From assembly GCF_009914755.1 (NCBI RefSeq), contig NC_060938.1: DNA of 64,000 bases; one strand, 5' to 3'. Below, in pieces: positions 15,350 through 28,414 of this stretch. The position numbers were made by a program, and so were the translations under genes. The DNA is from the human T2T-CHM13v2.0 reference genome, Homo sapiens. The notes beneath the pieces are model-generated. The model saw only the letters and a program-made list of their open reading frames with translations. It was not told the origin of the DNA and searched no databases. Numbering within the stretch: position 1 is the stretch's first letter; every line of letters starts with the position of its first letter.

Positions 15350-15429
15350 TGTTTCTTACTCTCTCTTTACGTAATTTGAGATTTGAGGCTGTTTCTTACT
15401 CTCTCTTTACGTAATTTGAGATTTGAGGC
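15350..15429. repeat. Perfect 40-bp tandem duplication
   Basis: TGTTTCTTACTCTCTCTTTACGTAATTTGAGATTTGAGGC x2. Confidence 0.97.
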
Positions 15430-15492
15430 CCTTAAATAGTGTCATGTAAGAAAGCTACTTAACTGTAGAGGACTGACTGCCAGTGGCTTTAT

Positions 15493-15801
15493 TGTTTTGT
15501 TTTGTTTTGTTTTGTTTTTGAGACAGAGTTTTGCTCTTGTCACCCAGGCTGGAGTGCAATGGGGCAATCTTGGCTCAGTGCAACTTCCGCTTCCAGGGTC
15601 CAAGCGATTCTCTTGCCTCAGCCTCTCACGTAGCTGAGACCACAGGCATGTGCCACCAAGCCCAGCTAATTTTGTATTTTGAATAGAGACAAGGTTTCAC
15701 CATGTTGGCCATGGTTGGTCTCGAACTCCTGACCTCAGGTGATCCACCCGCCTTGGCCTCCCAAAGTGCTGGGATTACAGGTGTGAGCCACCACACCAGG
15801 C
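15493..15801 (-). mobile_element. Alu (S-type) with a GTTTT-repeat tail
   Basis: Reverse Alu; TSD TGCCAGTGGCTTTAT. Confidence 0.94.
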
Positions 15802-16432
15802 TTTGCCAGTGGCTTTATGATCAGAGACATGCTGTGATGGGTGAACTAGGTAAGTATTTTTTGGCAAACAATAAGTAGTGTGTGATCATGAGAAAAGTCA
15901 TCAAACTATCCATTTAATATTTTTGACTTTTTCCAAATTATACATTAAATAAGTGTTCACACTTTTTAAAGATTTATAAACAATGGTTATATTATTTATA
16001 TTTGTTTCCTTCCTAAATCTTTCAACTTTCCCCTATAAACCCTCTCATTTTAACATCTACTGTTTAATTTATTCCCAGAGATTGAGGAAGTAAAAATATT
16101 TCCCAAAATCCTTCTGCAAAGTTTACTTCTAGCCATGATTGATGTCAGCACTTTCACGTATTTGTTTGTTCAACCAATATTTCTTGATTGACTTCATGCC
16201 AAGTACAGTGTATTGTTCTGGATGTTGAAGATACCACAGTAAAAGCCCCTGCACTTCACATGTTGCTTACATCTGTTGATTTCATCGTTTTCTTGATATA
16301 GATATCCATCATGGAGTTGCCAATCAGAAAATTTAGCTTTTATAACTCCCATGCTAGCTTTGGAGATTGGTTAGTTGGTCTCTCTTGTGTCCAAAGATAA
16401 AACCATCCATGGTTGGTTATTTGTGTACATGA

Positions 16433-17157
<725 letters not shown>

Positions 17158-18202
17158 ACGGGTGTTGCTAAAAAGGCCAAAAGTTAGTTACCACAATGCC
17201 TTTGAATAGATATTCTACAAATAGAGAGAGAGAAATAATACCTCGTGACAATGGGGCTGCTGCTCTCTGGTTGAAGTTACTTCTAAGAATCAAGAGGACA
17301 ATTTGCACCCATGTGGGCGAATTCTTTCTTACTTTTTGTACTTGGCAGATTTGTCTTATTTTTGTCTGTCACTTCATCTATTTCAATAATAGTGTATTAT
17401 TATGCTTTTATACTGACTTCCTTTTTTACCTTCCTATTTCTCCACTCGCATAAAATCAAAATCACTTAAAACTTGTGTTTTCAGATGACCTCCCTCATCA
17501 TCATGTAGAAGCTGAAATAGCCAAGATCCTCTTCTGGGATCAGTGATGGACAGGGCCCATTTGGCTGCCTTCTTGGAGTACCCAGGGTAGTCACGTTTGT
17601 GCCAGGCCTCTTGAAGTCCAGCAACCACAGTGATAGCCTTTTGGCCACAGCTCTTTTCTGTGTTACTGATGTCTCTCATCTCAATATTTCCCCCTCAAAT
17701 TGTAAAACATTTCACAGCCCAACTTTTTCATTTGTGATATAATAGATTGTTCCTTGGTTTTGTGTCTTATGTCTCAATTCTCTTAATTGTTCATCTCCTG
17801 TGCTAAAAATATACCCACTGAAATAAATACACATTTATTTTTCTATTGAGGGCATCTTCAGATTTTTCCATATCCTTGAAATATTGGATGTGCTCTAAAA
17901 CCAAGGTTTGGGTTAAATACTAGCTTAGAAAGTCACGTGGACCTCATTCTTTCTTTCTTCTCTTTTCTCTCTCAACCCATAGTGTTCTTTTACTGTTCTG
18001 TTTTCTCCTCTTGCCTTTGAGTTTATTAGCTTTCGTCTGTTTTCCAGGGTTCCAGGCTGAGATTAATTACAGAAAGTGGGCTATGAATTTGAGCTTATAA
18101 ATCTTTAGAAAAATAATGATGTTGAGGGAATGAACAGAGGGTAATGAGGAGTAATGAAAACTTAAAAAATTTTTTTTACTATTTTCATTTTCTTCTCCTT
18201 AG

Positions 18203-18334
<132 letters not shown>

Positions 18335-18597
18335 TAGGCTTTTGTGGGTTAACACAGGGTTTAGTGAAAATTAGTGAGTGATTGATAATATTCATGACAA
18401 ACTCATGTCTTACATTGAAAAGAGAAAGATTCAAGATTGGAGAAATGTTTTCTCAGGGAAGAACATTTTAAATGGAATTAATTTCTCCCTTCATGCTACT
18501 TTCATATTCTTGGGTCATAACTATCTTCCTTTGTCCTATAGCCACATGGACTCCGGTTTTCAAAATAGGTACTCATTTTATCTTATTTTTCATCTAG

Positions 18598-18690
<93 letters not shown>

Positions 18691-19009
18691 TGAGGTGACT
18701 ACCTTTTTTTTTTATTCTTTACCTGAGGTCCATAGAATTAGATTAATTGTGATACACTGTCATCACTGCTCCCCCCGATGATGCTTTTCTTATTTTGTTT
18801 ATTTATAATATGATAAATATTATCCAACCCGAGAACTAGATTATTGACAGTAATTTAATATACCTGTGTATTATTTCTCCCTTTTAATCCTCTGCCTCCC
18901 TCCTAACTAGCTTCCTATCCCAGGGTTAGGGACTGTCCTAAACTTTGTGTTTATCATTACCTTGATTTGAAAAAAAAAATTGTTTATCTATATGTGTATC
19001 TAAGCAATA

Positions 19010-19653
19010 TATTGTTTTATTGAGATCTAGTTTATATGCAGTAAAATGCATCTATTTTAAATGTACAGTTTGAAGATGATTTTTGGCAACAATAGGCACC
19101 AGTTTAACCACTGCTACTGCCACAATGAAGATATAAAATATTTCCATCACCCTCGTAGCCCTCTTTATCCCCTTTTATATTCAATCCTCCACATGACCCT
19201 GGGCTTCAGACATTATGACCTGCCTTCTGACATTACAGTTTTTCTACAGTTCCACATAAATGGAATCATACAGTATGTACTCTTTTGTATATGGACTCTT
19301 TTGTTCAGCGTAGTGTTTTTCATATTCATATGTGTTGGTTTATGAAGAATAGTTCATTATTATTATTATATACTATGTCATTGTTTGAATATACCAGAAT
19401 TTGTTGAATATACCAGAATATACCACTCATCTTTTGTAGACATTTGGGTTGTGTTCAGTTATGGTCTCTTTTGAAGAAAGCCGCTGTGACCATTCATGTA
19501 CAATTCCCAGCACCTTTAAAATGTCTTTTCGTCATTTTCAGGCTTGCGTTTTTCTGATGAGAAGCATACAGCAATTATTGTCTTTGTTCTTCTATGCATA
19601 ATGTCTTTTTTTCCCAGCTTGCTTTTAGGATTATCTCTTTATAACTGATTTCC

Positions 19654-19685
<32 letters not shown>

Positions 19686-22000
19686 GACAGTGTCTCACTT
19701 TGTTGCCCAGACTGGAATGCAGTGGCACAATCTTGGCTTACTGCAACCTTGGCTTCCTGGGCTCCACTTCAAGCTATCCTGCCACCTCAGCCTGCCAGGT
19801 AGCTAGGACTACAGGTACATGCCACTGTGCATGACTCATTTTTGTATTTTTTTGTAGAGATGGGGTCTCCCCATGTTGCCCAAGCTGATCTTGAACTCCT
19901 GGGCTCAAGTGATCCATCTGCCTTGGCCTCCCAAAGTGCTGAGATTATAGGCGTGAGACACCGTGCTTGGTCACAGCTGATTTTCAGCAGTTTGATTATG
20001 ATGTGCCTTGGTGTCATTTTCTTCATGTTTCTTGTGCTCGGGATTCATTGAGCTTCTTCATCTATGGGCTTATAGTTTTATTCAAATTTGGAAACCTTTT
20101 GGCCTTTATTTCTTCAAATATTTTTTTCTAATTTTCTCCTTTCCTGTCTTCTTTTGGGACTCTGGTTACATGTTAACTTAGTTTATATTTTACCACAAAT
20201 CTGGCTGTGCTCATGTTTTTTCAGACTTTTTTTTTCTTGCTTTCCTTAATTTGGGATGGTTTTGTATTTCTGTGTGTCTCTAAGGTCATTCATCATTTTG
20301 TCTGCAGTGCCTAGTCCTCTATTAATTCTACCCAGTGAAATTTTCATTTCAGATATTTTATTTTTCATCAGTTTTTGTGTGTCCTTTTTCTCTTTTTCAT
20401 TATGTTCATGATTTCCTTTACATTTTTGTTTACATGTTATAATATTTGTAATAAATGTTTTAAAATACCTTTTTCTGTTATCTGTCATTTTGGGGTCTGT
20501 TTCTATTGACTGGTTTTCCTCATGTTTATGGGTCACATTTTTGTTTCTTCACATGTACAGTAATTTTTTTAATTGAATGCTAGACATTGCAGATGTTATA
20601 TTGTTGAGTGTTTGGATTTTATTGCCTTCTTTAAACCCTTTTGAATTTTTTTTTTTTTGGTCAGGCACTTAAGTTACTTGTAGATCAGCTTATCTTTTTC
20701 AGGCTTATTTTTAAGCATTGTTATGGTTTGTTTATAGTAGCTTTTTGTCTAGATCCAGGTTAGTTCCTCCACTAAAGAGTCTTTTGAGGTGTCTGTTAAA
20801 TTACCTCCACGTTCAATGAGATCTTTTCATTCTGTCTGGTGGGAACTCAATTTGCAACCTCATGTGAGCTCTGGGAATTATTCAGCTTACACCTTACCTT
20901 CTCCTTAATTTGTTCTTTATCCTGATAGTTGCACTTTGCTCAGCCTTGTGGACTTTCACCCTATACCTAAGCAGATTTGTATTCACCCAAACATTCAAGG
21001 GGTCCCTCATGATGATTTTTGAATATCTTCTTCTGCACAACTTCTTCTCCAGGACATTGCTCTGAAAATTCTAGCTACTCCCTAGAAATTAGATTTCTCT
21101 TGTCTCTTTTCAGAGACAGTTGGGCTCTATTTGCATTTCCTCTCTGTCTGTGTAGTCTGGAAATTGCCTTTAGGCAGAAATGTAGGGCAGTTGTACTTCG
21201 TGTATTTCCCTCTGTCAGAGATCACAGTCCTGTGCTGCCAGTTGTTTAATGTCTGAAAACAGTTATTTCAAATAACTTGTAAACTTTTCTAGCTGTTTAT
21301 GGTAGGAGAGCGTGTCCTGTAACAGTTATCCTCTCATGTATAGAAGCAGAATTCTATTGTTTTGTTTGAATCACTTTTAAACTTTTTCTTAAAAAAAAAA
21401 AAAAAAAAGACATGTTCTATGTATTTTTGCTTTTTTCATTCAGCATTTTGTAATTCAGGTTCATGTTACATATAGTTACAGTACAGTTTTTTCAATGCTT
21501 TTGTATTTACTGTGTGTTTATATTGCTGTTAATTTTTCTGTTCTCCTGTTGTTAAGTATTTGACTTCTTTCTGGTCTTTTGCTGTTAAGGACAGCTGTGG
21601 TGCAGATATTCTTGTATGTGTCTGCTGGGCATGTATCTAGGAGTGGAATTACTGGGCCTTAAAATATGTGAGCCAGTAAATGGCCTGGTGCCACTCATTT
21701 CAGATCCGTTGCTGAAGTTTTTGTATAGGCTCAGTGCCTTAAGACATGTGAATGTTAAGCTTTAAAAGGTAATGCTTTAGGAAAAAAGATAAAGCTAAAT
21801 TGTTTTCCAAAGTGGCTATGTAAACTATCAGCAATGCATAAGAGAGTCTGTTGATCTGTATCTTCTCCAATTGCAGTACTGTCAGACTTCTTAATTTTTG
21901 TCAATCTAATGGGAGTAAAATATCTTATTTTGGTCTTGATTTGCATTTCTGTGATTTCTAGTAAGGTTGACACTCTTTGTACTTGTTTATAGGCAACACA
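19010..22000 (-). mobile_element. Old antisense L1 (L1M) fragments
   Basis: Minus-strand ORFs 19787..20026 (TPRHIIIKLLK) and 20246..20536 resemble L1 ORF1; 21755..21973 resembles ORF2 (EMQIKT..RY.FTPIR..KIKK). Boundaries approximate. Confidence 0.75.
19655..19972 (-). mobile_element. Alu (J-type) inside L1
   Basis: Reverse Alu dimer with poly(T). Confidence 0.92.
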
Positions 22001-23407
22001 CTTTCTTCCTCTGGTGACTGCATTTTGACCTAGTTGGGATGTTCGTGGTTCTAAGTATAGAGGTAGAACTTAGAGAAATAAAAGAAAAAGCCATTTTTAA
22101 AAATTTGCCTGCTTGTTTTGAAAACCTAGCTGTTCATAGAGAAATCGTCCTTTTATCTTTTAAAATATGCTATTCATGTAGTTATACCTTATGAAGACCT
22201 AGGAGTTCAACAGAAAAATATTACATGGGTTTTCTTGAAAATTATATATATATGTATATCTTTTGAAATGTTTTTTAAAGAATTTGAATTTTTGCATTTC
22301 CTAGAAAGTGTATCTTTTAATTAATGAAAGGGGGACCATTTACTTTTGAGTATTTCAAGATATAGGACCTTACTTTGAGTATCTTTTTCTATGGAATCAA
22401 TTACAAATAATCTTGAGGTCTCTTAAGGAAGTCCAACAATGATACCTTTCTTTACTAGGTTGGTTTTGAACTAGTTGAGAAATAAAACAAGGACTAAAAT
22501 AGATAGAAACCAAAATACTGTATTTTTTACTGATAAAGTCTAGGTTGGGGGAATTGATTGTAACTGTCTACAAGCAAATGCACTTCCTGTTGAGCTTCAG
22601 AATTGGACGGACTTATATTCCTATTGTAAGCAAGGTTGGTCTGAGCCATGTATGGGGAGTGCTGACCCTATAGGAGCAGTAGAGGATATGTATTTCCTAA
22701 GTGGGGATTAGCTCCCAGGAGAAAAAAGAGAGGTGCTCAGTGCATCATTTTCTGTTTATTTTTCCTAAATTACCAATCACATTGGTAAGTTACTCTAACT
22801 CTCTTGGTGCGTTCTGAGAAAAGAGGCTCAATTAATATTAATTGAACTGCCTTTACATAGAATGTGGGAGGTATGTTTATCTACTAACAAATATGCTATT
22901 TTATTAGTACACATATATTATCAACAAATGTCTACATTATGCTTGGTTCTTTGGTGTATAAAATAAATATTAGGTGGGCTCCCTGTCAGTTGAGAGTTAA
23001 CAGTATGTTTATGGAAAATTATTTACACATATAATAAGAATAGCTTTATTACTTTATTCCTAATAATAATCTTAATAATAAGAATAGCTCATATTTGTAT
23101 AGCTTTTTGTAATTTTAATGTACTTTGTATACTTCATTGTTTCACTCACATTTTAATGACAGGGATTCTAAGGCTCAGTAAAACAATGTGACTTGTCCGT
23201 AACCACACAGTGAGACTTGGGTCAGATATTCTGATCTAGATCTACTTTTTTCCTGCTGCATCATACAGCTTTCCTAGAACAAAAAGTTTGCTCTGTAGGC
23301 ACAGGTTATGAGAGGTCCTTAGGCATACAGTAAAGACACGTTAGGGCATATCAGGGAAGGCTTTGTACAGCAGGGTGGACTTGACCTGCTTTTTGAAGGG
23401 TGTAGTA

Positions 23408-24778
23408 CAGTAGAAAACTGCTTATCAGCAGAGGATTATCAGCGGAGGATACCTTCCAAGAGCCCCTGTGGATGCCTGAAACTGTGGACAGTACCAAACA
23501 GTTGACCCTTAAGCAACATGGATTTGAAGTAAAATTATACATGGATTCTCTTCTACCTCTGCCACCCCGAGACAGCAACTAGATCTTCTTCCTCCTCCTT
23601 ATGATTTTCTTAATACATTTTATTTTCTCTAGCTTACTTTATTGTAAGAATACAGTATGTAATACATATAACATGCAAAATACGTGTTAATCCACTTTTT
23701 GTGTTATTGATAAGGCTTCTGGTAAACAGTAGGCTATTAGTAATTAACTTTTTTGGGGAAGCAAAAGTTATATGCGGATTTTTGACTCTGTGGCAGGGCC
23801 AGTGCCCCTAAACCCCACATTGTTCAAGGGTCAACTATATATACTATGTTTTTTACTATATATGTACCCATGATAAAGTTAAATTTATTAATTAGGCACA
23901 GTAAGATATTAATAGTAACTAATAATAAAATAGAGCAGTTAAAACAATATTCTGTAATACAAGTTATGTGAATGTGGCCTCTCAAATATCTTATTGTTCT
24001 GTACTTACCCTTCCTTTTGTGATGATATGAGATGGTACAGTGAGATGAGATGAAGTGAGGTGAACGCCATAGGCATTGTGACGTGGTGTTAGGCTACTGT
24101 TGACCTTTTGTATTCCTGAATGTGTGTAACCATCCCTTATTTGCAGTAAATGGCTTGGTGTCACTCATTTCAGATCCCTTGCTGAAGTCTTTGTATGGGC
24201 TCAGTGCTTTCTGGTGTGACACACTGCTGTCACTTGCTCACGTCTTCCACCCCAAAATGTAATGTCTTTTCCACCTGAGCACTTATCATGCACTGTGGCC
24301 ATCACTTTTGCAATCTGAGGTGTGACAGCAAAACTAGCATGAATTTCTTTCTTCTTCACGATGTCATGGATAGAAAATTTGTTCTTATTTTAGCAGCTCC
24401 AGCATGTGATTTCTTTTTCCTTAAGTCAAGAACTTTTACCGTTTCACCGAAAGGAAGCACTTTACAGTTCTCTTTGGCATATGCAGATTGCCAGCCTCAC
24501 TACTCTTATCTTTTGGGGCCATTATTAAGTAGAATAAGGATTCTTTGAACACAAACACTGCTAAGTGATTCATGGGCCTGGAGTGTCTACAGTGCAGAGA
24601 CGCTGGACAAAGGGATGATCCACATTCCTGGTGGGAAAGAGCAGAATGCATGAGATTTCATCACGCTCCTCAGGACAGTGCATAATTTAAAATTTATGAA
24701 TTATCTCTGGAATTTTCCATGTAATATTTTCAGTCTTTCGTTCACTGTGGGTAACTGAAACATGAGGGAGGACCACTG
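23408..24778. mobile_element. MER44/Tigger7-family DNA transposon relic
   Basis: TA-flanked CAGTAG...GGATACCTTCCAAGA.CCCCTGTGGATGCCTGAAAC start and ...GGGAGGACCACTG|TA end. Confidence 0.8.
23499..23837. mobile_element. Tigger2a/MER28-type element nested in MER44
   Basis: Terminal inverted repeats CAGTTGACCCTTAAGCAAC / ATTGTTCAAGGGTCAACTA. Confidence 0.8.
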
Positions 24779-24848
24779 TATAGATGTAGAGGAGATATGG
24801 GGAGAAGATAACCAGTCAGAGGCAAAAGATCAGTGGGAGGTGAGAGAG

Positions 24849-25408
24849 TGTTACTGGAAAGGGATCCCGATCCAGACCCCAAGAGAGGGTTCTTGGATCT
24901 TATACAAGAAAGAATTCTGGTGAGTCCATAAGGTAAAGTGAAAGCAAGTTTATTAACAAAGTAAAGGAATAAAAGAATGGCTGCTCCATAGGCAGAGCAG
25001 CCCCGAGGGCCGCTGGTTGCCCCTTTTTATGGTTATTTCTTGATTGTATGCTAAACAATCAAGAAATAAGGTGGATTATCCATGCCTCTCCTTTTTAGAC
25101 CATGTAGGGTAACTTCTTGACATTGCCATGGCATTTGTAAACTGTCGTGGTGCTGGTGGGAGTGTAGCAGTGAGGACAACCATTGTTCCTCTCACTGCCA
25201 TCTTGGTTTTGGTGGGTTTTAGCCAGCTTCTGTACTGCGACCTGTTTTATCAGCAAGGTCTTTATGACCTGTATCTTGTACAGACCTCCTGTCTCATCCT
25301 GTGACTTAGAATTCCTAACCATCTGGGAATGCAGCCCAGTAGGCCTCAGCCTCATTTTACCCAGCCCCTGTTCAAGATGGAGTTGCTCTGGTTCAAATGC
25401 CTCTGACA
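24849..25408 (-). mobile_element. MER41 (ERV1) solo LTR, MER41A-like
   Basis: TG...CA ends; minus strand starts TGTCAGAGGCATTTGAACCAGAGCAACTCCATCTTGAA; 4-bp TSD AGAG; ~560 bp. Confidence 0.9.
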
Positions 25409-26001
25409 AGAGGATTCTAAGGAGACTTGGCTGACTGTACTGCAGGATCCGTGTTGGGCAACTGTGTGGAGAAAGTGTGAATGAATTGATGTTACAGATG
25501 ATCCAACTTTTGAAAGTTTGGAAGAGAAAGTATTTGCCTTAAGCAGTAGACATCGAGGAGCCACTGAAAGCTCTTAATTTGGGAATAACATGATTGAAAC
25601 AGTCTCTTATCTACATTTTCAGGCCCTTTATGCATCTCCTATTCCCAGTTTCATTTGACCTATATATAAATTTTTGTTAATTTTTCTTTTATCTTTCAGT
25701 CTTATTTTCTGAATTTAGTATATTACCTATTATTAATCCAAGAAATGCTGGTTTTTCTTTCTGTTTTCTACATTAAATCCTCTTTTTCCATATTCTTTTT
25801 ATTCTATTTGTTTCTATTCTAGTATCTTACGATTTAAATTTGAGCAACTGTCTTTTCCTTTGCCACTTTAGAAACAGTATGTTTCATTAAAAACAGTATA
25901 TAAGTACCCCTGTTATTTCTGTGCTTGATTCATGGTTGTATTTCTACATTTTCCTCTTGAACTAGCTTAAGAAATAACCAGTTTCTTTCTTTGCTTTTCA
26001 G

Positions 26002-26064
26002 GTCCTACCTCGAGCATAAGACCTCAATGAACTATATGCTGGCAACACGCCTCTTCCAGGACAG
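26002..26064 (+). CDS. TTLL5: TTLL5 exon (~exon 18): [20 protein letters not shown](R)
   Basis: cttttcag|GTCCTAC...GGACAG|gtagag; 63 nt, phase 2-2. Confidence 0.96.
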
Positions 26065-28091
26065 GTAGAGATTTGCTAAACTTTAAATTTAGGACTAGAT
26101 CACAAGATTAACAGAAAGTACATGTCAAAGAAGGAAACAGACCTTATAAAAGTCTTTATGTAAAATCTCTGCTAGAAAAAAAAGTCCTGTAGAAAGCATG
26201 CTATCATGACTCATTTTTCCAGAATTTATCATGAACTCTCAGCACTTTGTAACATTTCCAAAAGACAAAAATTTAACTATAAAGATCTTTGAGCAATTTT
26301 AACAGATGCCTTAAACTTTATTCTTCTTTAAGGAAGGCCTTTACTTAGTGCCATTATATTTTAGATGCAGTTTTAATAGACACGATTATCTGTTTTTCTA
26401 GACCTGAAGATACTAGAATTATCAGATTGGAAAAAGTGGAGGGGAGGTAATTCGTAAAATAAATACACTGAAACTTTTATAAGAAATGACAACTGATAAT
26501 CTCAGTACAAGGGAAAATGGAAATGATGGAAAACAGACATTGGAATTTAAATAGCACAGCAATCAGGGCTGCTTAGTCCCACATACTTTTGTAGCCCCTG
26601 AAACATAACTGCATTGCAGTACAGTTCATTAATTGATTATCAAAATAAGGCACCCTAGTTATTTAGAGAAACCTATATTATTTTGAGGATATATGTACGT
26701 TTTTGAAGGATTCTTAAAATAGATACCCATGTTTTAACCATCTGCAATTTCATGATCTACTATCAGGAAATACATGGGATTTGCAATTTGTCTCTGTAAA
26801 TTTGTGGTAATTACGATTGATTAATCACATTGTGTAGATTCTAAAGAAAGAGATCTTTGGATTTACGTAGAAGACAGAATCTCATTTCTTTATATGTATA
26901 AAACCTGTGGGTTTTTCCTCCCCTCTATGAAAACTTTTACAAGGTTTCTTTTATCTTTAGAGTTTAGATACTTTGCCAGGATGTGTTCTGATACGTCATT
27001 TTTCATTATTTTGGTTATGCAGTGAGTGCGGCCTTTCAGTCTTTCAGCTGTGGGAAGTATTTCCCTTATCCTTTCTTTTCTCTCCTTGTGGAATTCCTGT
27101 TAGATAAATTTTGGCTATAACCTCCATATTTCTTTACTGTTTTTAAACTTTTGGTTTTGCTTCTTAGCCTTAAATTCTTGGAGATTTCTTGGATTTTGTC
27201 TTCCAAAACTAAATTAATCTTCAACCATATCTATATTGTTATTTATTTCCCACACAGGATAGGGGTGTTTAATTAAGTTTTTTATTTTGGCAAGTGTGTT
27301 TTTAATATACAAGAACTATTTTTGCTTTTCGATTAGTTTTAGTATTTCATGGATGTAATGTCTTTTCAGATCTCTATTTTAGATTGTTTAAAGTTCCTTT
27401 CTGTTTTTTGCATTATTTTAATTCTTCTGGATTAGTTGTATTTATTCATCTTATTCTTTCTAGTTTTAACTTCTATATATCTGCAAATGTATGGTGATCT
27501 TTGTCCAGTCATATTTAGAAGTAATGAACTGTTTGCTTAAGACAGGTAGTTTGCTTCACAGGTTATATAGGTCTGTTTCTGAACTGACATGGACACTGCA
27601 CTTGAGGCTGGATCTTTCTATACTTGAATTTCCCAGGAAGGGGAAGGAGGGCAGAGTAGGCATTCTGGGGACCACTGCATTAGCCAAAATGAGGAAGTAT
27701 CTGCCTAGGAGTAGCAAAAAATAAACAATTTGAGGTATAATAATATGTGTGCCTCTTTGTTAACATATTAAATAGTAAGAGCTAGCAGCAGATCTAATAC
27801 CTACCGTAATTTCAAACAGTGATAAATATTGACAGTATTTCAAAATAGTTGTAAGAATTCTAAAATAATATGAAGAAAGATGCATTATTTCTTTTGGTAA
27901 TGAAGTCACATTAATCCACTACTGTGGATAGTTTCCTACATTTATATGGAGGAAATGCTAAATTTCAGTTAGAGGATGTAAGTTTTTTTCTATCCAAGTT
28001 TGTATATTGCCTGCATTCTTTCTTGAGGCCCCAGTTAACAGCTCCTGCTTATGAAGCATTCTAAAAACTTTGATTAAAAAAAACATAATTT

Positions 28092-28378
28092 GGCCAGGCG
28101 CGGTGGCTCACGCCTGTAATCCCAGCACTTTGGGAGGCTGAGGTGGGCAGATCACCTGAGGTCGGGAGTTCGAGACCAGCCTGACCCACATGGAGAAACC
28201 CCATCTCTACTAAAAATACAAAATTAGCCAGGCTTGGTGGCGCATGCCTATAATCCCAGCTACTTGGGAAGGCTGAGGCAGGAGAATCGCTTGAACCTGG
28301 GAGGTGGAGGTTGCTCTGAGCTAAGATCGCACCATTGCATTCCAGCCTGGGCAACCAGAGCAAAACTCTGTCTCCAAA

Positions 28379-28412
<34 letters not shown>
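28092..28412 (+). mobile_element. AluSp-like with (AAT)n tail
   Basis: GGTCGGGAGTTCGAGACCAGCCTGACC..CATGGAGAAACCC; tail expanded into (TAA)n. Confidence 0.94.

Positions 28413-28414
<2 letters not shown>

Noticed and set aside
15350-15429. Direct repeats as a possible CRISPR-like array
   Set aside because: Only two abutting copies, no spacers, no cas genes; human intron.
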